From the sequence record NC_028974.1: a DNA stretch of 24,000 nucleotides. One strand, written 5' to 3'. The first letter of the stretch is position 1. Each line of letters begins with the position of its first letter. A model generated the notes under the pieces. That model searched no databases and was not told the DNA's origin. It saw only the letters and a list, made by a program, of their open reading frames with translations. Source of the DNA: Streptomyces phage YDN12. The translations under genes were made by a program, and so were the position numbers. This document shows, in pieces, positions 1 to 6,767 of this stretch.

Positions 1-532
1 GCCCCACCGGCTCGAAGTTCCGGCGACGCGTGGACATCAGCTGGTGGGGCCAGTCCTCGGTCACCTCGAAGCCCTCGGCGGGATCGTCCAGGGCGTCCCA
101 GCGGGCGGTACCGAAGTCCACGCCGTACGCGGCCAGGTCGGGCGCGTGGCGGCCCCGCAGGCGGTACAGGTTGGCCACGTACTGCTGCTCACTCATCTTC
201 GTCCAGCCGAACCCGAGGAACTGCCGCGCCGCGTCGTTGTGCGTGAAGACGCGATACGACCAGTTCCGGACGTCATACTGCACCGTGAGGAACGGAAGCT
301 GCTCACCGGTCTGCCGGTGCAGCCGGCCGAAGGCGCGGTACGCGTTGGCGACTTCGCGGCCCACGGGCAGCGGCTCACCGCGCCGCTGGTAGCTGATGAC
401 CGCCAGCGGTTCGCCCCGGTCATACTCGATCATGGGGAACTTCATGCCGACCGCCGGGGACTCATGCCCCCAGTACGCGTGCCGGACGTTCAGCAGTCCA
501 TCCCGCCACCCGGTGTCAAACCTGCGTGCCAT
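1..532 (-). CDS. Hypothetical protein, 3'-truncated by the window edge
   Basis: Manual translation on the minus strand from ATG at 532: MARRFDTGWRDGLLNVRHAYWGHESPAVGMKFPMIEYDRGEPLAVISYQRRGEPLPVGREVANAYRAFGRLHRQTGEQLPFLTVQYDVRNWSYRVFTHNDAARQFLG... stays open to base 1. AAAGGA RBS-like sequence upstream. Not in the ORF track because it runs off the window. Confidence 0.8.
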   Translation of the reverse strand, partial: MARRFDTGWRDGLLNVRHAYWGHESPAVGMKFPMIEYDRGEPLAVISYQRRGEPLPVGREVANAYRAFGRLHRQTGEQLPFLTVQYDVRNWSYRVFTHNDAARQFLGFGWTKMSEQQYVANLYRLRGRHAPDLAAYGVDFGTARWDALDDPAEGFEVTEDWPHQLMSTRRRNFEPVG

Positions 533-569
533 GGTGCTGTCCTTTCGCTGATGCTGCTGCTGTTCGTGC

Positions 570-670
570 TGAGTACGGCGGGCAGGAATTGAACCTGCCT
601 GGCATCTCTCGTTAACCCTTCACGGGCCCCGGTGCACCGGGGGCAGGGACTTGAACCCTGCGGCCACCAT
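570..670 (-). other. Two tRNA T-arm-like sequences (degenerate or partial tRNA-like region)
   Basis: Minus strand contains CAGGG-TTCAAGT-CCCTG and GCAGG-TTCAATT-CCTGC, each with 5-bp stem and 7-nt TTCRANY loop. No canonical anticodon arm could be folded by eye. Confidence 0.4.
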
Positions 671-688
671 GTCGCCGCTCGAACGCAC

Positions 689-728
689 CCGAGCGGCTGC
701 CGGTGTCGGGCCCGGCAGCCGCTCGGGG
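689..728 (-). terminator. Second tandem large hairpin
   Basis: cccgagcggctgccgg (689-704) / ccggcagccgctcggg (713-728): perfect 16-bp arms, 8-nt loop. Confidence 0.65.
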
Positions 729-734
729 CTGTCG

Positions 735-776
735 CCCGCACGGCCACCGTGTGGGGGTACGGTGACCGTGCGGGCT
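735..776 (-). terminator. Large hairpin, probable terminator of the 788-1210 CDS
   Basis: gcccgcacggccaccgt (735-751) / acggtgaccgtgcgggc (760-776): 17-bp arms with one mismatch, 8-nt loop, immediately downstream of the minus-strand CDS stop. Confidence 0.7.
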
Positions 777-787
777 GGTCATGCGGG

Positions 788-1210
788 TTACGCCTTGACG
801 GCGAACGGGTCCTCGGGCGTCTCGGACTCGGTGGCGGCGGCCACGACGCGGCCGGCCAGGTAGTCCCGCGCCATCTGCTTCTGCTCGTCGGTGGGCGAGT
901 TCAGGATGTACGGGGCGTTCTGCCCCTTCTTCGCCTCACCCTTCGCGACGACACCCAGCAGCTTCCGGTTGCCGGGGATCTTCCGCTTGAGCTGGCCGAT
1001 CAGGCTGCCCTGGAAGATCATCTGGTCCTCGTACTCGACCGGACCACCCTCGGCGGTCAGGACGACCAGGTGGGACACCACTGCGTCCTTGTCACCGAAG
1101 TCGGTCTTGACCTCTTCCACGTACTCGGTCGGGGTGAAGAGAACCAGGTCACCCAGAAGTTCCTTGACCTGGATGTACGAACCGGCGCTGTCGAACTCAT
1201 CCTTCGCCAC
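788..1210 (-). CDS. Conserved phage-like hypothetical protein (140 aa)
   Basis: GTG start; V/MAKDEFDSAGSYIQVKELLGDLVLFTPTEYVEEVKTDFGDKDAVVSHLVVLTAEGG...; promoter-like element and AGAAAGAGG upstream; hairpins follow it. Confidence 0.8.
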   Translation of the reverse strand: MAKDEFDSAGSYIQVKELLGDLVLFTPTEYVEEVKTDFGDKDAVVSHLVVLTAEGGPVEYEDQMIFQGSLIGQLKRKIPGNRKLLGVVAKGEAKKGQNAPYILNSPTDEQKQMARDYLAGRVVAAATESETPEDPFAVKA

Positions 1211-1268
1211 GATGCTGCCTCTTTCTGCTGCTGATGCGGTCGGGGCGGTTGCCCTTCCCGATGTCTCT

Positions 1269-1298
1269 ATGATGCACCATGCTGGCCCCGTGTGTCAA
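1269..1298 (-). promoter_or_regulatory. Sigma70-like promoter for the 788-1210 CDS
   Basis: Minus strand TTGACA (1298-1293), N18, CATCAT (1274-1269). Confidence 0.5.
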
Positions 1299-1305
1299 CA
1301 CGTCT

Positions 1306-1929
1306 TCAGCTGATACGGCGCAGCAGGCTGAAGCCGGTGCCCCGGCCTTCGCAGGACTGCAAGACCAGGTCCGCGCCGCCGAAGGACGGGATGGGCCCGG
1401 ACTGCCTGTTCAGCCGCATGTGCCCCGTCACCCGGTAGCTGCCGGCCAGCTGGCCCGAGGCCACCACCACGGTACGCCCGAGCGCCACGCGGGACAGCCA
1501 CTGGTACCCGTGGTAGTTGCGCGCCGCCAGGATGTTCACCCCGACGTCCCGCCCGTACAGCGTCAGGCCGCGCCCCTGGTCTATGCACGGCTGCGGGTTG
1601 CCGGTGCAGTCCCGGTATCCGCCGATGTGCACCGCCGAGGGCGTGGGCGGCGCTGTACGGGCCCGGCGCGGCTTCGGGGCAGCGGACTGCCGGGGCCGCT
1701 GCGGTGTCGCCTGTACGGCGGCCCTGCGCTCGGCACGGGGCGGCTGTGCGGCCGGCTTCCGCTCGGGCTGCGGAACCGCCACGGCGGAAAGCCGTACGCG
1801 GCTGTCTGCGGCGCTCGGGGCCGCTGCCTGGTCCACCGGGCCAACGACCGCCGCAGCGGCTGCCAGGAAGGCAGCCGCTGCGGTCAGCGTCCCGATGCGG
1901 GCCGGGGTCACCCGTCCATCCTGGACCAC
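1306..1929 (-). CDS. Sortase-like secreted or membrane-anchored protein (207 aa)
   Basis: N-terminal hydrophobic segment (IGTLTAAAAFLAAAAAVVG), Pro/Arg-rich linker, then DVGVNILAARNYHGYQWLSRVALGRTVVVASG...YRVTGH...ADLVLQSCEGRGTGFSLLRR, resembling the sortase core with candidate Cys and Arg in LQSCEGRGTGFSLLRR. Confidence 0.6.
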   Translation of the reverse strand: MVQDGRVTPARIGTLTAAAAFLAAAAAVVGPVDQAAAPSAADSRVRLSAVAVPQPERKPAAQPPRAERRAAVQATPQRPRQSAAPKPRRARTAPPTPSAVHIGGYRDCTGNPQPCIDQGRGLTLYGRDVGVNILAARNYHGYQWLSRVALGRTVVVASGQLAGSYRVTGHMRLNRQSGPIPSFGGADLVLQSCEGRGTGFSLLRRIS

Positions 1930-2153
1930 ACCACGGTCCCGGTTTCCACGTGCCCGTCCGTCTCGTTCACAGGGTTCCCTTCCGCGTCCGGCTGGTTCAG
2001 GTAGTTCTTCCAGAACGTCACCCGCGCACGGGCCGCTGCCGCCGAGCCGTAGGGGCCTTCGTACGCCGTGAAGGCTTCCTGGTCCGGGTACTTCTTCCGG
2101 ATGACCGCGCGGAACACCGTGGCGTCCTCGGCCATCCCAATCGACCTGGCCAT
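1908..2153 (-). CDS. Small hypothetical protein (81 aa)
   Basis: MARSIGMAEDATVFRAVIRKKYPDQEAFTAYEGPYGSAAAARARVTFWKNYLNQPD...; TGATG overlap with the upstream nuclease stop; overlaps the start of the next gene by 22 bp. Confidence 0.7.
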   Translation of the reverse strand: MARSIGMAEDATVFRAVIRKKYPDQEAFTAYEGPYGSAAAARARVTFWKNYLNQPDAEGNPVNETDGHVETGTVVWSRMDG

Positions 2154-3319
2154 CAGGACCCCATCACGGACGACGCGTTGCGCAGCCCACGCGCGATCAC
2201 GTGCGCCTGGTCGGCCAGCCGCTGGTTCCACTGGTTGAAGGTGCGCGCGCGGTCAGCCACCTCGATCAGCTGCGCCATGCTGTACGCCGCGTTCAGCTGC
2301 TCAAGCCAATGAGCGTCCGCACCGTCCTGCGTCACGCCGTAGCGGTCCGCGTCGAAGACCTCGGCCACGTGCTTCATCTTGATCTTCCTGGCTGCGCGCA
2401 CCGTCAGGTTGGCCGCGTTGATGATCCGGCCCTGTGCCAGGTCCACCCAGTACACGGTGACTTCGTCGCGGGTGCTCGGCAGGTGAATCACAACGCCGAA
2501 GTCATGGCTGACCTTGATCGAGTCGTCATACCGCTGACCGTCGAAAACGCCGTGGTTGTTGATCCCGTCTTCGTAGCACTCAAGCTGTGCCGCGATGGAC
2601 GGGAACGACAGGTCCAGGCTGTCACCGGTCTTCAGGTCCCCGATGACGTTGATGCCCGAGGCCAGCCGGTAGACGCGGTCGAACTTCCCCGCACACTCGT
2701 ACCGCGCGGACGCGGTGACCCGCTCGATCATGTCCGGCACCACGGACAGCCCGTTGGCCGCCAGGGCGTCCAGGTACATCCGGACCTTCCGGCGGTGCTG
2801 CGTCGGCACGCGGTTCAGGTCCCCGCCCGCGTAGTCGGCCAGCTCGGTGCTGGTGTGCAGCGCCGTGCCTTCGTCGGCCATCTTGTACGCCTCGGCCACA
2901 TCCTGCGCGGCCTCACAGATGTTGTTCAGGCGTTCGCGGTCCACCTTCACGTCCCGCTCGGCCAGGTCCGCGATGCTGACGCGGCCGGCCTCGGCCAGCA
3001 GGGCGACACCCTTGGCCACGTTGCGCTGCTTCCACAGCTCAAGGTGATAGGTGTCGTCCGTCATCTTCACGAAGTTGGTGACCCGCTGCCACGACTTCGA
3101 GCGTCCGGACTCGGGGTTCGGCAGGGTGTAGCGTCCGCGCTTCGCCTCGGGCCGGGCGGGGTCCGTCTTCTTCACGCGCGCGGTCTCGGGGCCAGCGTCA
3201 CCCGCGCTGTCAAACTCGTCCGGGCTGTCGAAGCTGTCCACGGGCGTGCCGTCCGCGTTGATCAGCCCGGCCTGGTACATGTCCGCCAGGTCCGCATGTG
3301 CTTCGTACATGTCGCCCAT
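2153..3319 (-). CDS. Cas4/RecB-like PD-(D/E)XK exonuclease
   Basis: 388 aa with GTALHTSTEL, CAGKFDRVYRL, VIGDLKTGDSL...AAQLECYE, the RecB/Cas4 nuclease motif series (GxxxH, GxxD, DxKTG, QLxxY). Confidence 0.8.
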   Translation of the reverse strand: MGDMYEAHADLADMYQAGLINADGTPVDSFDSPDEFDSAGDAGPETARVKKTDPARPEAKRGRYTLPNPESGRSKSWQRVTNFVKMTDDTYHLELWKQRNVAKGVALLAEAGRVSIADLAERDVKVDRERLNNICEAAQDVAEAYKMADEGTALHTSTELADYAGGDLNRVPTQHRRKVRMYLDALAANGLSVVPDMIERVTASARYECAGKFDRVYRLASGINVIGDLKTGDSLDLSFPSIAAQLECYEDGINNHGVFDGQRYDDSIKVSHDFGVVIHLPSTRDEVTVYWVDLAQGRIINAANLTVRAARKIKMKHVAEVFDADRYGVTQDGADAHWLEQLNAAYSMAQLIEVADRARTFNQWNQRLADQAHVIARGLRNASSVMGS

Positions 3320-3391
3320 CGCTGCTTCCTTCCGCTGCGCACCGGCCGCTGCTGCGGTCCTGTCGTGCTATTGCAACTGTACCATGAGGGA

Positions 3392-3592
3392 ATGACGACA
3401 GTGCCTGTTCCGAAGTTCCTGTCCCGCCAGGAAGCCGCCCTGGTCCTCGGCGTGGACGTGCTGGCCGTGGACCGGCTGATCAGCAGCGGCCTGCTGGACC
3501 GGTACCGCATCCGGGGCCAGTACGTACGCGTGCCAACGGGGCAGGTCGTGGAACTCAGTGACCTGCCCCGTGAATGGCTGCTGCGGTGCTAA
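3392..3592 (+). CDS. Excisionase/MerR-like HTH protein (66 aa)
   Basis: MTTVPVPKFLSRQEAALVLGVDVLAVDRLISSGLLDRYRIRGQYVRVPTGQVVELSDLPREWLLRC. HTH-like arrangement. Only plus-strand gene inside the leftward block; 3' end overlaps the convergent gene (CTAA). Confidence 0.65.
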   Translation: MTTVPVPKFLSRQEAALVLGVDVLAVDRLISSGLLDRYRIRGQYVRVPTGQVVELSDLPREWLLRC

Positions 3593-4239
3593 CGCAGGTG
3601 GCGCGGCACCTTCGTGGCCTCGGCCCGCCCGTCCAGCGTCGCGGCCTCGGCCACGGACGCGGCCACCGCGATCAGGCGGGACGGGGACATCGTCTGGATG
3701 TGCCGCAGGTCCGAGCGGACCTGACTGGACACCGCGTCCGTCAGCAGCCCGTACAGCGCCTTGATCCGGTCCAGCACGGCGTCCGAGTGGGTGTTCTCGT
3801 ACCTGCTGAAGCTGTTCGCCTTCAGCAGGCTGGTGGCTTCGTTGCGCAGGTAGCTGACGCAGCCGTTCACCTTCGCGGACAGCTTCGTGTCCGGGGCGAA
3901 GTCGAAGCGGGCCCCGGCGGGACGGACGCCGATCAGCGACAGGGACGACGACGCCTGAAGCACGTTCACCGTCAGGTCTTCCAGCTGGTTGGCCAGCTCG
4001 GGGAACGCGTCCCGGTCGTTCATCTTCTTCGTGTTCCGGCTGACGGTGCCGAGCACGAGCGACGTACGGTTCATGGCCTCGGCCAGGTTCGAGGTGACGG
4101 GCACGATCATGGTGGTGGTCCCTTCAGAGATGGTCGGGTGTGCGGGAAGTACGTTGCCCCAAAGGTCAAGGAAGCCACCTTCCAGGGCCTCGGCCGGTGT
4201 CATGCCGAGTCGGGCCGCATTGCGCGTGATCCGGTCCAT
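3589..4239 (-). CDS. Hypothetical protein (216 aa)
   Basis: Start overlaps the upstream stop (TGATG at 4239). Biased codon usage in a long ORF: MDRITRNAARLGMTPAEALEGGFLDLWGNVLPAHPTISEG... Confidence 0.7.
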   Translation of the reverse strand: MDRITRNAARLGMTPAEALEGGFLDLWGNVLPAHPTISEGTTTMIVPVTSNLAEAMNRTSLVLGTVSRNTKKMNDRDAFPELANQLEDLTVNVLQASSSLSLIGVRPAGARFDFAPDTKLSAKVNGCVSYLRNEATSLLKANSFSRYENTHSDAVLDRIKALYGLLTDAVSSQVRSDLRHIQTMSPSRLIAVAASVAEAATLDGRAEATKVPRHLR

Positions 4240-4571
4240 CAGTGGTCGTGAACCTCGGACAGGTGCAGCGGCTGCGCGAGCAGTTCGACCGCGCGACGGT
4301 AGCTGATGCTACGGTCATTGCGGGCGGTCCACGGCGTGTTGTTGGTGCCGTACACCACCTTCGGGGCGCGACCGTTGATGAGCGGGAAGACGAAGGACAG
4401 AAACTCAAGGCTGGCGTACGTGCTGCCGGTCCACCACCCGTGCTTCTGCGCGAACTCGGGCGTCTGGTGCTCGGCCAGCCGGCGCACGGTGTTGTTGCCG
4501 ATGTACGTCCAGCCGTTGGCCTCGGCCGCTTCAATCAGGCCCTTCAGCTCGGCCGCGTGGTTCTTCTTCAT
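4239..4571 (-). CDS. Hypothetical protein (110 aa)
   Basis: MKKNHAAELKGLIEAAEANGWTYIGNNTVRRLAEHQTPEFAQKHGWWTGST...; ATG at 4571 follows a cassette-type promoter and leader. Confidence 0.75.
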   Translation of the reverse strand: MKKNHAAELKGLIEAAEANGWTYIGNNTVRRLAEHQTPEFAQKHGWWTGSTYASLEFLSFVFPLINGRAPKVVYGTNNTPWTARNDRSISYRRAVELLAQPLHLSEVHDH

Positions 4572-4605
4572 CGTGCTGCCCTTCGTCGCGGTTGGTTGCA
4601 ACACG

Positions 4606-4643
4606 AGCATGGCACAGCCGGGGCCGCTATGCAACCCCGGCTG
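4606..4643 (-). promoter_or_regulatory. Hairpin plus embedded promoter cassette
   Basis: Minus strand: stem CAGCCGGGG/CCCCGGCTG (4643-4635 / 4623-4615), TTGCAT in loop (4634-4629), N17, CATGCT (4611-4606), then GTTGCAACCAACCGCGACGAAGG leader. Confidence 0.7.
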
Positions 4644-4653
4644 CGGAACTTCC

Positions 4654-6663
4654 TTACGCGGCGGTCTCGTACTGCGCGCCGTAGCAGCCTGCCCACGACC
4701 GGGCCACGTCGCTGCACCCGAAGGTGATCGCCACGCCGCGCAGGTCGAAGGCCATGCTGTCCGTGATGCCCTGCGCCACCTGCTGCGCGTTGTGCTTCGG
4801 CAGGCTGATCACGATCTCGTCGTGGATGACCGCGCGAATCTTCCGGCGGTACTCGGCCGGCAGCCGCAGGATGGCTTCCGCCATCACGTCCCGCGTACCG
4901 CCCTGTCCCACCAGCGCGGTGGCCTGCGTGTACGCGCGGTCCCGTTCGACCCGCACGGGCCGTCCCGCCCACGTGTGCAGGATCCGGTACGGATCGTTCG
5001 CGGGGACCGGCTCATCAAACCCGAGCGCACCCGCTGCCGCCCGGATCTCTTCCTTCCACTCGGCCAGCCGGGGAAACGCCTCGGTCATGCCGCGCACGAA
5101 GCCCTGCGCCACCGCGACGTCCACGCCGTGCTGCCGCGCCATACCGGCCGCGCCGAGGCCGTACGAGAATCCGTGGCCGAAGACCTTCGCGCGGTCGCGC
5201 AGCTCACAGTGGCACTTCGAGACGATGCCGCAGTGGCAGTCAGGCTTCGGCTCACGGTGGCAGTCGGCCCCGTGCTTGTGCAGGTCCGGCCAGACGCGGA
5301 ACGCCACCTCACTGTGCAGGTCCATGCCGGGCGCGAACAGCTTCATGTACTCGGAATCCTGGCACTCGGCCGCGATCACGCGCGCGTCAACCTGGTCCGC
5401 GTCGATGGCCACCAGGACTTCGTCATCCGAGTCTGCCAGCATGATGCCGCGCTCACGCGCCTTACCGCCGCGCTTCCCGAACACGGTGAGACCGGGGTCC
5501 TTCATAGACCAGCGGCCCGATGCCTGGTCGGGCCCGATGTACGGGTGGACGCGGTCCCCCACCAGATGGTCCAGAACGGTGCCGTAGATCGTCCGTTCAC
5601 CGTTGAACGCCTTGATCGTCCGGCACAGCTCGGCGGCAGCGGGCTTCGTCCGGTCGAAGATCGGGATGAACTCGTCCAGGACGTCCTTCCCCGTCTTCAG
5701 GCTGCCGTCCTCACACATAGGCCAGTTCGCGGTCAGCGCGTCCTCACTGATGCCCGTGGCCAGGATCGCCCGCCGGAACGCTGCCTTACCGGGGTTCGAG
5801 CGGTGCGGATACTTACCCTCGGTCGGCATCCCGAACTTCTCGTGAAGCAGTTCCTTGCCGGCTTCCAGCCGGGCCTGTCCCTCGGACCAGCGCTTCATCG
5901 TCTCGTCCACGTCGGTGCGCATCCCTTCCAGGGTGACGCGCCCCATCGCGGTCGCGGTGTAGTGCTCACGGCGCACGTACCGCTGCGACGTGGACGACTC
6001 GTCCCGGACCACACTGGCCAGCTTCGTGAACACGCGGCCCTGCGTCTGGACGTCCGCCACCAGGTACGAACGGTAGTCCGGATCGTCCTGCGGGATCCGG
6101 TCGTAACCGCCGTACAGCTCGGCCAGCAGCTTCAGGACGCCGGTCCGCTGCGGGTCCGCGTACTCGGTGCCGAGGCGCGCGGCCTTCCGCTGCTTCGCCT
6201 GTTCCGCCTTCACCGCCTTGTCCGCGTACGCGTCGCCCTTGACGCGACGAATGATGGCGACCTTCCCCGCGAAGTCCACCGAAGACTTCCCTTCCAGCCC
6301 GTACCGAGCTGCGGTGGCGTCCAGCCCGAAGTACCCCATGGGCTGCTTCCCCTTCGCGGCCACGGGGTTGACGTGCCGTTCCACGATCATGGTGTCAAAC
6401 ATCTTCCGGCACAGCAGTTCGTACTGGTCGAAGGTGAAGAAGCCTTCACGGCCCATGGCCATCAGGTCGAAGTTGATGCCGTTGTGGGCGGTCAGTGCGT
6501 CGGCCCGGAACAGAGCTGCGGTGAGTTCACGCGGGTCCGTGCTGATCGTGACGCGGGATCCGGGGGCGACGTCCGCCCATCCGCACAGCCGCACGAAGCC
6601 GGGGCCGTACTTGTGCAGTTCCTCGGCCGCGCCGGTCTCGATGTCGAAGGCGAGAACCTTCAT
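4654..6663 (-). CDS. polA: Family-A DNA polymerase with 3'-5' exonuclease domain
   Basis: MKVLAFDIETGA (ExoI DxE), AIDADQVDARVIAAE (motif A-like), KVFGHGFSYGLGAAGMARQHG (motif B-like), VIHDEIVISLP (motif C). Start at 6663 gives 669 aa; the phage-type protein lacks a 5'-3' exonuclease. Confidence 0.9.
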   Translation of the reverse strand: MKVLAFDIETGAAEELHKYGPGFVRLCGWADVAPGSRVTISTDPRELTAALFRADALTAHNGINFDLMAMGREGFFTFDQYELLCRKMFDTMIVERHVNPVAAKGKQPMGYFGLDATAARYGLEGKSSVDFAGKVAIIRRVKGDAYADKAVKAEQAKQRKAARLGTEYADPQRTGVLKLLAELYGGYDRIPQDDPDYRSYLVADVQTQGRVFTKLASVVRDESSTSQRYVRREHYTATAMGRVTLEGMRTDVDETMKRWSEGQARLEAGKELLHEKFGMPTEGKYPHRSNPGKAAFRRAILATGISEDALTANWPMCEDGSLKTGKDVLDEFIPIFDRTKPAAAELCRTIKAFNGERTIYGTVLDHLVGDRVHPYIGPDQASGRWSMKDPGLTVFGKRGGKARERGIMLADSDDEVLVAIDADQVDARVIAAECQDSEYMKLFAPGMDLHSEVAFRVWPDLHKHGADCHREPKPDCHCGIVSKCHCELRDRAKVFGHGFSYGLGAAGMARQHGVDVAVAQGFVRGMTEAFPRLAEWKEEIRAAAGALGFDEPVPANDPYRILHTWAGRPVRVERDRAYTQATALVGQGGTRDVMAEAILRLPAEYRRKIRAVIHDEIVISLPKHNAQQVAQGITDSMAFDLRGVAITFGCSDVARSWAGCYGAQYETAA

Positions 6664-6715
6664 GTGGTGGTCCTTCCGGTGATTAAGTGGCCGGCTCGGT
6701 GGCCGGTACCGGGGT

Positions 6716-6760
6716 GGGTGGTGCAACACCCATCATGGATGCTGCACCACCCGTTGTCAA
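6716..6760 (-). promoter_or_regulatory. Promoter plus hairpin upstream of the polymerase
   Basis: Minus strand TTGACA (6760-6755), N17, CATGAT (6737-6732). Stem GGGTGGTGCA/TGCACCACCC (6752-6743 / 6725-6716) has the -10 in its loop. Confidence 0.6.
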
Positions 6761-6767
6761 CCTGCGA

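Noticed and set aside
570-670. Calling bona fide tRNA genes
   Set aside because: T-arms are convincing but the anticodon arm cannot be formed with a standard 7-nt loop and acceptor pairing is incomplete; reported only as tRNA-like.
2153-3319. Cas4-like nuclease as evidence of a CRISPR-Cas locus
   Set aside because: No CRISPR array, Cas1/Cas2 or effector seen; Cas4/RecB-like nucleases are common in actinophage replication modules.
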